Of a DNA stretch of 64,000 nt, positions 1 through 13,351 are shown piece by piece. Position 1 is the stretch's first letter. Each line of letters opens with the position of its first letter. The stretch comes from Vicugna vicugna (taxonomy: Eukaryota), in NCBI GenBank assembly GCA_013265495.1, contig MU058844.1, positions 13,352,184 through 13,416,183 on the forward strand, written 5' to 3'. Below the pieces are notes generated by a model, which saw only the letters and a list, made by a program, of their open reading frames with translations, was not told where the DNA came from and ran no database searches. The position numbers and the translations under genes are program-made.

Positions 1-44
1 TTTGCCCTTTTTTTTGTTGTCATTGTTTTGGGAGAGGTAATTCA

Positions 45-77
45 GTTTGTTTGTTTGTTTATTTGTTTGTTTGTTTT
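45..77. repeat. (GTTT)n microsatellite
   Basis: About 8 GTTT units with one ATTT variant, read directly. Confidence 0.9.
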
Positions 78-642
78 AATGAAGGTGCGGGGAAAGCAGA
101 AAGTACATAAATGAAATTCAGGGCTCCGTGTTAAAATCCTAAACAGTTGAAAAGTGTCCTGGAGGGGGCAAGGCATGTAGAGAGGCAGTAAGGAGAGATT
201 TCTGGAGAGTGGCAGGGAGGGAGAGAGAGAGATCCTGCCTTCAGAACTTGTGTTCTGCTTAGGAGACGACAAGGCTGCTACACCGAGCGCCTCAAAGGGC
301 ACCAGAGCTCCAGGCCAGGCTGGCCTTGGTGCAGTGTGGGCAAGGCCTGGAGCCATGCAGGATGAGCAGTTCAGGGCTTGGAGTCCTGCCTGTGGGTGGG
401 TGTGCGGCCTGGGCAGGTCCAGGCAGGGCTCCGAAGGCCCATCACCGAAGAATCACCCCCTCCACCCCAGCCCCGGAGGCAGCAGCGGATTAACAGTCAG
501 CAACACTTCGTTAGCCGGGGTTCCTGGCTCACCAGCTGAAGCCATTAGGGACTGATAGGTCCTCAGGGCTCCCTCAGTCCCAAGTTCGTTTCTACTTTCT
601 TGCCTAAGGCCACAGGCTTCCCTCCCCAAACTGAGACAGGAA

Positions 643-659
643 CCCGGAAGACTTCCGGG
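643..659. promoter_or_regulatory. Palindromic double ETS-type motif
   Basis: CCCGGAAG-A-CTTCCGGG is a perfect inverted repeat; the minus strand reads CCCGGAAGT. It lies in a GC-richer, repeat-free first kb. Confidence 0.3.
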
Positions 660-1331
660 CCAGCGTTTCTCTCCCACTGTCACGGTTTCCTGAAAGTGGA
701 GACTTTGCCTTGGCTCCCAGACCCAGTCCTCCTGCCACAATTCACAGTTCCCGGTCAGTCATGGAAAGAGGAACATGCCTAAAAATAACCACCGGCTGGC
801 CCACAAAGTTCAGTGGGGTGCAGCTGCAGCCAGTGGAGAAAGTCTGAAGTCTGCCCCTGTGGTTCTGGAAACTCAGCTGTGGCACACTCACCAGAAGGGC
901 CCTTCAAGCCATGTTATTGTCAGTGTCTCTCAGGGCAGCCTTTACAAAGGCAAGTTCCCCCTGCCTGTGAGTTACTGAGGTCACCGAAGGAAAGCAGCTT
1001 GAGGAACAATAGGAAGAAGAAGAAAGTTTGCTTATGCCTTTTTGTTGCCACTCTCTTTCCCTGCATCCTTCCTCCATCTCCCCAGAAGCCCCCTCCACTC
1101 CCACATCAGCCAGGTAACTTCTGTGCTCTCCCTGGATGCCTGGAGACTTGCATGGTTCCCTGTGCCGGTCTTTCCTAATATCCCATTGTCTTGGATCTCA
1201 CTCTCTTTTCTGCATCAAAACTAACAAATCTGTCCTTCAGGGAAGGAAGCTAATCTGATAAGTGAACTCACAATAAAGTACAAAGGACGATGGTTTAAGA
1301 ATTACCTTTTATACAGAGGTTGGAGCATTGT

Positions 1332-1990
1332 TTTAAATTCTGGTTAAAAACAAGTTTTGTAAAATTTACCATCTTAATCATTTTTAAGTGTGCAGTTCAG
1401 CACTGATACTATATTCACATGGTTGTGAAACAGGTCTCCAGAACTTTCTTCATCTCGCGGAACTGAAACTCTATATCCATTGAACAAGTCTCCCTTTCTC
1501 CCTTCCCCCAACCCCCAGTACCCACCATTCTGCTCTCTATATCTGTGAATTTGACTACTTTAGATACTTCATGTAAATAGAATAATACTGTGTTTGTCCT
1601 TATGTGGCTTGCTCGGGGTTCATCCACGTAGCATATGACAGGAATTTCTGCCTTCTTCAGTCTGCATACTATTCCATTGTTTTGTTTATCCATTCATCCA
1701 TTGGTGAACATTTGGGTTGCTTCCACTGTTTGGCTATTGTCAATAGTGCTGCTATAAACATGGATATGTGGATATTTCTTTGAGACCCTGCTTTCAATCC
1801 TTTTGAATATATATCCAGAAATAGACTTGCTTGATCACATGGTAATTCTATCTTGAATTTTTTTCAGGAACTGCCATACTGTTTTTCATAGCAGTTGTGA
1901 CATCTTACCAGTCCTATCAATAGTGCACAAGGATTCCAACCAGTTATTCTATTTTTTTTAAGTAGCCATCCTAATAGGTATGAGAGTATC
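1332..1990 (-). mobile_element. L1 (L1MB-like) 3' UTR/ORF2 end fragment
   Basis: Contains aaaatttaccatcttaatcatttttaagtg, ccagaactttcttcatc...aactgaaactcta, and tgggttgcttccac...gctattgtcaatagtgctgctataaaca. Confidence 0.9.
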
Positions 1991-3444
1991 ATTGAGTTTT
2001 ATCAGAATATTTTAATGCTTCAGCCTAAAGGAATCGTGATGGCATTAATTTCAGACTCTGGCACAGGCCATGGCGAGTTATTAGATGTTTTGGTTTAGCA
2101 TTCTTATTGCGTCCTTTAAATCACATGACATAGACTTCAGCAGAGTCATTATGTCACCTGAGTACCTCACCTTTCCTGAGATCTAGATAAAAATGCCTTT
2201 TCTATATCCCATTCTAGAACTGAGAGAAGTCAGATTCATGACACGGGATAATGCAAATTTCTCGAAGACTTACGCCCCATAACCTCATCTCTGGCTCCTG
2301 GGCTTTGCTTATGTTATGGATTTTTTTAAAACCTGCTGACTTTACCATTCTTGTTTTGTTCCACATGAACACAGACACACAGATTTTCTTTCCTCGGTTT
2401 CCATAGAAATAGCCACTCACCGATAGTTTATCTATGTACAGTAGAGTTCACTAGAGTTTTGAGGAAGGGCTTACACTGCAGAAAGGCTGACTATTGGAAA
2501 TGGAATATTAGCACTCCCATTCCCAAAAGTTCTTTGGACTATCCTGCCGCAGAGCATTTGTTTTCCCTGCTGTCTCTCCACTCTGTACAGCCCCACTCAC
2601 CATTTTGCTGTCTCCTCTTTTCCTTTCCCTTCCCTGACGTTTCACCCTGGCCTTTTCTGACTCCTGGTTAGCCAGGACTGCGTGCTGCACCAACCAGAAC
2701 CATGTGGAACTGGTGGGTTCTCAGCCTGAGGTTCATGCCTCATCCTCTCCAAGCCCAATATACCAATATACGCCCAGGTATAATGGTTTCCCAAAGCTGA
2801 AGCCTTTGTCTCGACTTCTCGGCCCAGTTCTCCGTCCTCATCCACAGTTCCTGGGTATGCCAGACTCTCCTTTCTCACAGTTCAACTCCCTCCAAACTCC
2901 ACAGTTAAGCCCTCTTTTGCAAGTCCCAAATCTCCAAAGTTCACCTAAATGAAATACTCATTACCCATTTACGAGCTCAAAAGACTAGTGGAGACCTTGA
3001 GTTTTCCTTTAGCAGGTCTGCCCACCTTCTTTGGGAAGGTAATAATTTGAAGTAGCATTTGTTTTCTTCTGATACCCGAAAAATCACTGTGATTTACTGT
3101 TGCTGACAACCATTCTGTCTGCATGCATTTGGGAAATCTTCTCGGAGCAGGTGACTCTTGAAAAAAAGATAGGATTCTGACAAATGTGTTTCCTTCCTTT
3201 CTTGCTTTTTCCCTTCCTGCTAAACCCAAGGCAAGCTGTGGACCCAGTTAGGAATGTTTCCTAAATCTGCTCCACATGATGTTGGCTTTTGAACTTGGGC
3301 AACTGTTTTGTGTCTTATTCGCACTCTGTGGTTGCTGTTTGTAGCAGGAGGCCAGCAGGAATATTAGCTGTAATATTATATTCCTTGATTTCACTGTATG
3401 GTCAAGATCCCTCCCATACTCCCCATCCCCCCCTGGGTAACTTC

Positions 3445-3682
3445 TGCTAGTCCTAGATTTCAGCATAAATCTTATTTCCTCTGGGAAACTTTCTTCGACC
3501 ACAGGAGACTGGGTGAGGTGCCCATGGTACTTATTACCAAAGATAGTAATTGGATCTGTCCTCCTTCATCTTGTTGGTCATCTCAAGATTTGGGTCGATG
3601 TCTTGACCATCATTGGACCCACAACACCGAGCACCTGGAATAGAAGGCAACCAATGCATATTTGTTGAAAGAGTAAGTGATT
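3445..3682 (+). mobile_element. L2 3' end fragment
   Basis: cctctgggaaactttct...gcacctggaatagaaggcaaccaatgcatatttgttgaa resembles the L2 terminus. Confidence 0.65.
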
Positions 3683-4876
3683 AAATAGGTGGGCAACTGG
3701 GAAATAGCTATTTTCAAGGCTTTCTTAAACTAAATCCATATCCTTTTATTGAATATTTTCTATGTGGGAAATCTAATTTAGGGTTGCTTAAAATATGTAA
3801 GTGTTAATTGTGGCTATAGAAAAATGCTTTATTAAGGATTATATTTTTGGAGAGTCAACCAAATAAAGCTTAAGCATTCTGTGGAAGAATACAGTAGAGA
3901 TTTTTTCCTCCCAGAGGCCAACTTGTTCAGCTTTGAATCTTGATTTCTCTTACATCTTTGATCATTAGGTTATAGACTTCTAAAGGGGATAAAGATTTGC
4001 TATTAAGGAATGGGGCCCTGTGAGTGTCTTAGTCCACTCTCCACGTGATATATAAGTGACATACAGGTGTATGTCTGCATAAAAATTTATAGATTAGAGA
4101 TACCTGTTTTCGAATACAGTAGATGTCATTATTTTATTGGTATATAATGTTTATAAGAACTGGCATCACTTTGGGTTAATCACATTGGGTTAATGATTTT
4201 TCAAATTTTTGAGATAGACTCTTAGAAATAAGATCCTGATACTACTCATTCCATTGCTTTTCCCACTATTTTTAATTGCTCATTCTGCGGTTGTTAGTTT
4301 TGGCCTTGACATAGTCCTTAAAACATTTCTTTATGTTATTACTCCCAATTGGAAATAACAGGAGAAAATTAAACATAATAACAACAAATGATTGATTTTT
4401 GAGCCATTGTTTGGTGTTTCATATTAATAATTTTTTTTAATTCTATGAAATATATCAGGCATACCAAAAGGACATAGTAACATTTCACTTGAATGTAACT
4501 AAGCCATCACATTAATTTGATTTTTTTCCTCATCTAGAACAGTCTTTCCTTTTCAATGTTTGCCAGGATTATCAGAAAGCATTACTATTTCACCCAACAA
4601 AAGCATGATTTCTGAGACAGTGACAAAAATGTTTATCTTTTCTATGAAAAATTTCAAAATAAGATTGCAGTTAAATGCAGTCACTCAAAAATATACGCCC
4701 TGACTATATAAACCAAGATTAGAAAATGAAAGCTCCCTTACATCCTAGAATTATCAATGAGAAGCCATGGGGACTATTTTACATATGATATTTTAAAAAT
4801 TCTTCCATCATGTGAATACACTGATCTTTATAAAGTAGGTCAAGGGTAATCTTGACGCATCAAAATCACAAAGGAC

Positions 4877-4962
4877 AACTGTGTCCTCAACTGTTCTGAA
4901 CCTCAGAATATGAGCTTTTGACTGGGTTCTAAACTTGCAAACTATAGCTCCCACCCTCACTA
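4877..4962. mobile_element. Possible ancient Tigger-like DNA transposon end
   Basis: cctcaactgttctgaacctcagaa...ttttgactg...actatagctcccaccc resembles a recalled Tigger terminus; unverified. Confidence 0.3.
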
Positions 4963-4991
4963 ATACACTTGATAAAAGTGATACTACATTT

Positions 4992-5120
4992 TATTCTTTC
5001 ATTTATTTATTTGATCAGTATTTGTTGACTTCCCATAGGTGCCAGAACCTGTGAGAGGTGCTGGCAGAGGTCTGTGGAGTTGGCCGTGACATCTGCCCAC
5101 GTGCTGCTCATTGTCTACTG
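4992..5120 (-). mobile_element. L2 3' end fragment
   Basis: tatttgttgacttcccataggtgccagaacctgtgagaggtgctgg is the antisense L2 tail. Confidence 0.6.
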
Positions 5121-5192
5121 TGATTCTTCATCCATCAGAGTCATAGCCTTCCTCTTGGTGAAGCAGTGCATTGAACTGAATAATAGAATTAC

Positions 5193-5323
5193 TTCTCATT
5201 TTTAACATGGAAATAATAGGAACTATCTTACAGGGTTATTGTGAAATTTAGGTGTGATAATATATGTAAAGTGTTAGAACTTTAGTGCATGGCATGTAAT
5301 AGATGCTTAGCAAACTTTAGCTA
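5193..5323 (+). mobile_element. MIR (core and tail)
   Basis: atggaaataataggaactatcttacagggttattgtgaaattta...gataatatatgtaaagtg. Confidence 0.8.
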
Positions 5324-5340
5324 AAAAAATTAAATAAAAA

Positions 5341-5530
5341 ATCATAGAACTATACAGTTGTGAGAGATCTTACAGTTTGTCTAACAATTCAACCTTCTCA
5401 ATTTAAGGTTGGGGAATTGGATTCTCAGCGAGATTAAGGAACTTACTCAAAGTTACAGTTTTATTGTTCACAGGAGAAACAGTGGAACCCAAGATCTCTT
5501 GATTTCTACCTTACTGAAATTTTCACTGTA
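5341..5530 (-). mobile_element. MIR3/MIRc-like SINE
   Basis: atcatagaac...gagagatcttacag...gagattaaggaacttactcaaagttacag...gaacccaagatctcttga. Confidence 0.7.
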
Positions 5531-6614
5531 GTCGCTGCCAGAGGAGTTGTGGGTGGGAGGAAGAAACAGTGATCGTTCCAAGCACGTGGCAGATACTCAA
5601 TAAATGCTTATTGTATCAATATATAACAAAATCATTACCTCAAGGAAAAATTCTAACAGTGTTAAGAGCTTTCGAAAGCCTGATGACACACGGTTGGGTG
5701 TTTTTATTCTAGTTGAGCATAGTCTGATTTCTTAAAGATATCACATTGGCGGGTGGTTTATGGATGGGGTGATTTGCTTGGGTTGAGTCCATGTAAAACA
5801 CAGGCCATGCAAACAACCCCACCATTGTTTCTTGATCAGGTGTGGTCTCCTCCCCACTTACCAGGCTTTGGCTGTGAGACGTGCTCACTCTGGCCGCAGT
5901 TTCCAAGATTACCAGAGAAACATCCTCTTGGTTACGGAGATTTGAAAAGCTGAGAAAAAGTCTTCCTTATTTTCAGCTCGATCTATTTCATCTCCGAAAA
6001 TATTGAGGAGATATGAACAAGTGACAAGTTCTCAATACATTCCTGTAGACAGCATCCAGGGAGAGCCTGAGCTACCCGGTGTGAGCACATAAACCCTTAA
6101 AGTCCTAGGAATCACACAACGTTTTAATCCACTATTTAGGGAACAAAGCAGCAATAACCTGCTGTGGCTCCAAAGAGGAAAATAACTTTCTTTTCTGAAA
6201 GGGAATGAAGTTCTGTCTGTGCTTGCCTCTCCTCACACCTTCAAGATCATGAAAGGATCTTGCGGTACCCTGTGTGGTTTGTGGGGGAGTGGGGCAGGGG
6301 GAGGGGGGTGAGGAGCTGGAGTTACTGCCTAAAAAGCTGCACACCTCTTTTAAGGTTTCAGTCACAGACTTGAAGGAAATAGTGAAATCACCAGCTAAGC
6401 AGCCTGTAGGCCTTAGATGAGCAATTGTCCCACTTAGGAAAAGAGAAGAAGGAGTAAGGAAAGCACAGTGGAATCAGGGTCAGTATCAATTATTTTTGGG
6501 TAAGGATCGATTATATGAATGATGATTTTCATCCTTGAATTTCAGGGACAAGCCTCTTAACTGTAAGCATAATTATCCTTTGCCTGTTTTGTGCAGTAAT
6601 AGTACCGTGTAGGG

Positions 6615-6835
6615 CAGTGATTCCTGGTGGGTGGCAGGTTGGTGTTTTGACTCCCCTCTTGTCTCCCATCACAAGACATTAGGTAGTTACAACCCATGGT
6701 GGGTGGTGATGCTATTGGCATCTAGTGGGTGGAGCCAGGGATGCTGCTAAACATCTTACCGTGCACAGGACAGTCCCCGCCTCTAAAGAATTATCCCCTC
6801 TAAAATGTCAGTGGTGCCAAGATTGAGAAACCCTG
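6615..6835 (+). mobile_element. MER20 (hAT-Charlie MITE)
   Basis: gctattggcatctagtgggtggagccagggatgctgctaaacatc...ttgagaaaccctg; 8-bp flanks GTGTAGGG/GTATAGGA match 6/8. Confidence 0.9.
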
Positions 6836-7108
6836 GTATAGGAGCTAAACGCTTCATTTCTGCAGACAGCCTGGCTGAGTTTCGCTTCATAACTGATGGC
6901 CTTGTACAAATTACTTAACATCTGTCCCTCAATTCCCTATCTGTAAAATGAATAGTAGTCGTTATTTTCCTTATAATATTTTTGTGTGGATTAGATGAGT
7001 GTGTACATAGATATGTGTATATATAGATATACACATGCCTATAAAATATTTCTCAGAACAGTGCCCAGTACATAGTCAAAACCATGCAAATATTTGTTGT
7101 TATTTTTA
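6836..7108 (+). mobile_element. MIR, 5' end interrupted by MER20
   Basis: cagacagcctgg...ccttgtacaaattacttaacatctg...ctatctgtaaaatg...agaacagtgcccagtacatagt. Confidence 0.8.
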
Positions 7109-8271
7109 TGCAAAACAGCACGGGTTATATATAAGTACCAGCAGAACAAAAGAATCTCTGCACAAGTATGTTTTTTGAGGAGAACTTCATTAAAAAACCA
7201 CCTTATAAGGTGATGATCAATATAGACTGACTCCTTTCGATGTGACCCATAAGATTGGAATCTGAGTGATAATGAACCTTGCTGTCACACTGTCACTACT
7301 TTACTCCTTTCCTACAGCTGATTTAGTGCTGTGGCTTTGAAATGGAAAAGATGTCAGCGCACATTCTAGCACACTGTGTGTGCTTGGGTGGTGTTTGAGT
7401 TTACTAAGTAAATCATGCTTTCAAGATTCTTGAAAGACCTAAGATAGTGAATTCCCTAAGTGGATTTGGAGCTGTGAGATGGGGGACAGGGAAATGGATG
7501 TACAATTGAAAATTAACCACTCACTTGGCAGGGCTGCTGGTGTCCAAAAGAAGTGGAAGCACTTGGCCTTTAAGGCAGCAAAGATAAAAACTCTAAAAGG
7601 CCAGAGTCTGATGAAAGACCTTAAAAGCCAAAGGTGGTGTTACTTGTGGACAGAGCCAATGCATTATCGTGTGATTTATTCTCCCATTAATTGTAGAGTT
7701 GAAGATGCCAAAAGGGGAATGTTTAAGTGCAGATGACAAATTATAGGTGTTCAGCAGGGAAAAGAGGCCTGAATTGGCTGAACTGACCTGTCTGAATACT
7801 ATGCCCAGAATTATATTTAATCTAGTGGTTTTGATTTGCATGAGCGTCTGAAAATATCTCTACTAAGCTTGGTTAAATAGTCCTTGACCTTGAGGGTCTT
7901 GTTTTTATGCTCTAGATAATTACAGCAGCCAGGGGACCCACTCTGGCTTTTCCCTATCCTAGATTCTTTCTCTCAGAATGAAGGTTTTAATTAAGAAGAC
8001 ATTTAACATCAGGGCCTGTAGGCAGTTTCACAAAGCCTCAGGAGACCAACTTAAAAGTCACAGTTTCAGGCCAGCATGTGATAAGTGCCTATCTACATTA
8101 AGTATTTGTGAACCTAGCCGAAGATATTTACAGTAATACTGAGATCCTCCAAGGCTCCATAAAATGTGCCTTTATGTTACATACTCACTTCAGAGCTCAA
8201 AGGGCTGAAATTCACCTGGTTCTATAGTCTCTTACCAGTAAAATGAGAGGTCACAGAGAACACATTAAGGG

Positions 8272-8490
8272 TAATAACTACCCTTTTTGAATACCTAGTA
8301 TAAGCATAATCAGGTACTGTGTGAGGTCTTTTAGATATTTAAAACATATATAAAACTGCCCATTTTGTAGACAGTAAAACCAACATTCAGAGAAGTCAGG
8401 TGATTTGCTCAAAATTATAGAGCTGGTAAGTTACGGAGCCAGGATTTGGATGAAGGTCTGTCTCTCTAATGACGTTTCTGCTTTATCTAG
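8272..8490 (-). mobile_element. MIR
   Basis: cccattttgtagacagtaaaac...cagagaagtcaggtgatttgctcaaa...gagccaggatttg. Confidence 0.8.
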
Positions 8491-8781
8491 TTATCTCTTG
8501 AGAAATTAACACATGAAATAAAGCTCTCAGGCACTACCACTGTCCTAGGAGTCTCTGAATGATGAAGGATTTGAGGTGGGTCATCTCTGGGGCTGGGGAT
8601 CCGTTCATCTGGAAATTAACCAAAACCTTATGTCCTCTTCTGATATTTTAAAATATGGGGATCCCAAATTTTGAACAATCATCCCTACTGCCTTGTCACT
8701 TACCTTAATGCAGATAACATCAGAGTGACACAAAAATATCTCTAAGTCACAGAAGAACAATGTGCCAACACACATCCTGTA

Positions 8782-9495
8782 GATCCTATCTCCAAAATAT
8801 ATTCAGAGCTGGATTATTTCTCCCCATCCCCTCTACTGTCAACTGTTTTAAGTCTTCATCATTCTTGTCTGGAAAATTGCAATAGCTTCCTAACTGGTTT
8901 TCCTGTTCCTACTCTTATATCCCTACAGAACACTCTCCTCAAAGCACTTGGGATGGTCCCTTAAAAAGGTAAATCTGATTATGTCACTCTTTGCTCAACA
9001 TCCTCCAATGGCCCTGACAGTGCATTCAGAATAAAATCCAAACAACTTTGCATTTACTTTCAAGGTCCAGTGTTCACTCCTGCTACCCTCCAAAGCTCTC
9101 CTTTGCTCCAGGCTCTTGGTACTTGCCATACCTGTAATGCCTAAAAGGTTCTTCCCACAGCTCTTTGCCTGGCAGCCTTCTTTCACCACTCAGGTGCCAG
9201 TCCACATGGCAGTACTGTGGAGATGACTTGCCCCCTGGCCAACCTAAATGAAAATATCACATCCCAACCTCCATCCACCTGTCAGACATACAGCTCTCCT
9301 TCATGGCACTTTTTTTTTTCTTTAGAGCATTTGTCATCAATCACATTTCCTCCTTTATATACGTGTTTATTATCTATCTCTCTCCTCTTAGAAGTTAAAG
9401 ATTTTGTCCTCACTGCTGCTGAATCCCCCAAATCTAGTAACAGGGCTGGGTCGTAATAAGCATTTAATAAATACTCATTAATATTGAAAAGAATG
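8782..9495 (+). mobile_element. L2 (L2a-like) 3' portion
   Basis: tgcaatagcttcctaactggttttcctg, aaatctgattatgtcactc, agaataaaatccaaa, and terminal aataaatactcattaatattgaa. Confidence 0.85.
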
Positions 9496-9497
9496 TG

Positions 9498-9658
9498 GGG
9501 TTGGGAGCCATGAGACCTGTATTTAATCCTGGATCCACTACTGGTTTACGGAATATGTTGGAAAAATCAACATTCTTTGCTCTAAGTTTGTTCCTTCCTC
9601 TATAGATTGAATTAAATGACCTCTATGACCCTAATCTAATTCTAACACGTTGATTCTA
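9498..9658 (+). mobile_element. MIR3-like SINE
   Basis: ggagccatgagacctgtatttaatcctgg...ttgaattaaatgacctctatgaccct...tgattcta. Confidence 0.6.
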
Positions 9659-11939
9659 ACAATACTGTGACTCATTCCACAAGCCATGGAATGGAGTTCT
9701 CTGCCTCTTCTCTTTGTAGACCTCAAAGGAATTATTCTAATATTAATAAGTGAGAAATGCTATAAGCCTAGGTCATCCCTAGTGACAAGAAGACTTTGTT
9801 CAATGATGTTAATAATGAACTTTTTGGTGCCCTGAAAGTAAGCTTTCTACATAGAAAAAGCTTATTCAATTTTACTTTGGTCATAGAAATTAATATTCAA
9901 TTTAATAAAGTTAAAAATTCAAGAATCTAGTTCTGTTAAACTTTAATTCAATTTGAAAATCTTAATCTAGTGAATTTTGGCAATTAATGCGATGAGGTCT
10001 TTGAATAATATTTGGTTCCATTAAAATGTAATCATTTAAATACCTTTAACCATTTTAAAATTACATTTGGTAGATTTGAACTCTTCTAAAAGACTTTAGC
10101 TGGTTGTCAAAACTCCCTATATACTTAAATAGTTCTTTTGAATCTAAGAAGCACATTACAAATATTGCAAAGTTGAGTCTACTTGAAAGTTCTAATACTG
10201 TACATAAACTAAACAAGATTTCCATTTAAATTCACAAGTTTAAATCAATTTCTCAAATATGTATTTTAAATTGGGATAAACAAGCTGAACTATTCTAATA
10301 AGATCAGTTTTATAAAACATTACAAGAACAAATAATTCCAATTATGCACAACTCTCTTCATACAATACTATTTTTTTGTTTTGATGCACAATTTTATACT
10401 TAATTTTAAATCTTCCTGAGATTAAATTAAACTGGTCAGCACTAAGGAAATAGTGACATCTTGTCCATCCTTCCCCATTCTGAGATGTGTGTGTATATTT
10501 GCATGGGTGTTAGTTCACGCTAAATTCTAGGGATAATCAGTAGCACTGACAGGAATTCACATTCCAAGTGCTGTCTGTTCTCATGTGGTCAGAAAGATCT
10601 AATTGCACAGGCAGCATCAGCAAAAGCTTCAGCTAGCTTCATCTCTGATCAGCACCAGACCCTTTGTCTAATTCACATAATAGAAATATTTGAAATAGTG
10701 GTTTATTAGCATAATAGATGAGAGAAATCTACTCTCACATGTGGAGTTAGAGTTGTTGGAGTTACGTGGTTTGGCTAAAACATTTGAGGCAGTCTTTAAC
10801 TTCGGTGACGAGAGTAAGAATCTTGCTAACCCTCTACCTTTATCTTTAATGCATCTGTGTGGTAGAATCTGGTTTGAGTTTATCTTTTTGACAGCATAGT
10901 GGTGAGGTTGTGGGTGAGTAACTACTGCTGTTTACCAAGAGGGAACCAATTTGGCTTAAGCCTCTTGGAAACATCTTTCCATGTAATTTTGCTATTAACT
11001 TACGGTTGCATAATAAGAGATTCCTTTTGGCAATCCTGATAGAACCCTATTATAGTTGTTATGTCATTGAATTCATAACTGCAGGGAAGTGGTGGTTTCC
11101 TAGTCAGGACCTTTAATTTTCTACTCAGGGGAATGCACAATCCCCACATTTTTGGATTAGATGTTGGAATTCTTCAGCTTTTAACTATATAAATGTTTTC
11201 CCCATTGAATCTTAAACACCATTGAACTTGATGGAATCCTGTGTTTTTTATTTTATATTCATAGAATCACAACTCATTGCTTATTAAAATAATACTGGGT
11301 TAAATTTGAGCTCTCTCTGTCTCTTTCTGGTAACTGTTGAAGCCAAAGCTCCCACGAGTCCTTCTAGTGAAGTAGAAGTGAACTGTGTGGCAAATCCCTA
11401 ACAAAGCTGGCTCTGGAGGTACCTTTTATACCTAGTAGAGGTGGGTCACTGGTGTTTATGCTCCAGAGAAATGTTTCAGAAGTGTAGGTTCCCTCACAGG
11501 GCACATGCCCAGATGTCAACTGGAGTAAGTATCTCCATTTGAAAAAAGGGAGCATGTGGAGGGGATGGGTGGGGGAAGGATGTTGAGTGGTAAAGTGGGG
11601 AGAAAACTGCTCTCTACTAGTCTTTTTCTACCATTAAGACTCCAAGGATGGGGAAGGAGAGCAGTTAAAGGTAAGTCGTTTCAAATATTTCACTACCAAG
11701 GATTCTTTTAAAAGTGTTTCTCTGTAGACCTACATTTTGATAGATTTTTCTCTACTGAGCAAATGTCATTAATTACATAATAACTTATTTCCCCACTTTT
11801 ATTAATCAAAGGCCTGCCTCAGATTGTTAGAAATTCTGATTAGCATACACTCAGTTGACTTGATTATTTCATTTCCCCACTAAAGCAGAGGAAATTGGGG
11901 TGCTACTTAGGGATATTTTAATTTGCCTCATCACAAATG

Positions 11940-12113
11940 CGTTCTCTCAAAATCACCAAGTGTTTGAAAAGAAATACAGATTCCCAGGCCTTACACCCAA
12001 CATTCTGAAATATAATCTCTTGACCTGGGACATAGGAATCGCCTTTAATAAGCAGGGTCATCTTTCTTCAGGCGGTTCTCACTGTCCTTTGAACCACACT
12101 TTGAGAAGCATGG
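11940..12113. mobile_element. MER5-family MITE
   Basis: aaatacagattcccaggcc...gaaccacactttgagaagca. Confidence 0.75.
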
Positions 12114-12635
12114 CACTAGAAATTTTGAAATATTGAACGAAGCTTCCAGACCTCCCCTCTGAGCAGAATTCAGGGATCCGGTGACTTTGGGCTGGGAACT
12201 TCTGAAAGGGTGAATAATTGAAAACTCAATTCAGCTGTTCAGCCTTAGGCACTACTTCAATTGAAGCTCAAGAAGCTATGACTAAGTTGACCTTTTGTCA
12301 TATCTCTCTTCCTCCCTGTTTGTTTAAGTTACCATCTTAACTGGCTCTTGAAGTCAAAGGTGCTTTGTTCTCTGCATGAATGGTTTGATTCACATCACAT
12401 CAATATAGCTTCAAAGGAAGAAAAGTCTCTTACCTTTGGATAATCTCTCCCTCCCCCTGCAAATGCCACAACCCAACTAAAGGATTTTTAAAGGTTTTCT
12501 GTTTTAAATGAATTCAGACTCTTTAAATTACTGCTCTTTCCCTCCTCCTTGAAAGAAATAAGGCCAAAAGAAATAACACCCACTTAGAGCATTTTTCACA
12601 AAGGTAATTTCTTCCACATAATACGGTATTTAAGG

Positions 12636-12731
12636 CAGTGATTCACAAACTGGGAGCTTAAAATGCACAGCTTACCACCTCCAGAGTGTCTGATTCCGGG
12701 GACGTGGGAGGGGGCCTGGGAAATTGTATTT
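12636..12731. mobile_element. MER5A-like fragment
   Basis: cagtgattcacaaact...ccagagtgtctgattc...ggggcctgggaaattgtatt. Confidence 0.65.
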
Positions 12732-12969
12732 GGATTCAATGGTTAGCCAGGTCTCTGAATCATCGTTTTAATGAATGAACCCCACAGATCACTTGCCCAA
12801 GGTTGAATGACCAAGAAGTGACAAGCTCTGACTAGGAGGACTGTGTCCTTTCTACCATCTCCTGCTGATGGAAATATAAAGGACTGGGAGTGAAGGCAGT
12901 CTGAGCCACTTGCCATGTGTTGAAACTTACATTCCTTCATTCACCTCTCTCCCTCTGCCAGCTGCATTC

Positions 12970-13150
12970 ACTCTGCGTTTCAGCTGCACTGAATTGCTTG
13001 CAGCATTTGATCATGCATGCTTTGTTTTTGTCTTCTTGCTTTTGAACATATTCTTTCAGCCTGGAATTCTTGTGCCCAATTCTCCTCTCCCCACTGAACT
13101 TTGTGGCTCCATTCAAATGTCACCTGCTTATGAAGCTTCCTTAACGTCTC
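12970..13150 (+). mobile_element. L2 fragment
   Basis: cagcctggaattct...ttcaaatgtcacctgcttatgaagcttcc. Confidence 0.6.
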
Positions 13151-13351
13151 AGGCAGAATAATCTCTCCCACCTCAAGAAGTGGCAACAACTGGATTTGAA
13201 TAACAGAGGCTTTCATTTTTAGAGCCTTCCATGGAGGGAACTTTGAGCAAAAATCATTAGTACTAGCTTTCAGTGAAGCCACTGCTTCAGGTGAAAAGCA
13301 TTTTAAATAAATTTGTAAATATATTAAATATAATGCTGCTACATATGCTTT

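Noticed and set aside
250..555. 101-aa ORF and overlapping ORFs in the GC-rich start
   Set aside because: Non-ATG start, no recognisable homology, no convincing splice pair; open frames are expected at higher GC.
9850..10430. Very AT-rich block as a matrix-attachment region
   Set aside because: Composition alone is not evidence of function, and no specific structure was seen.
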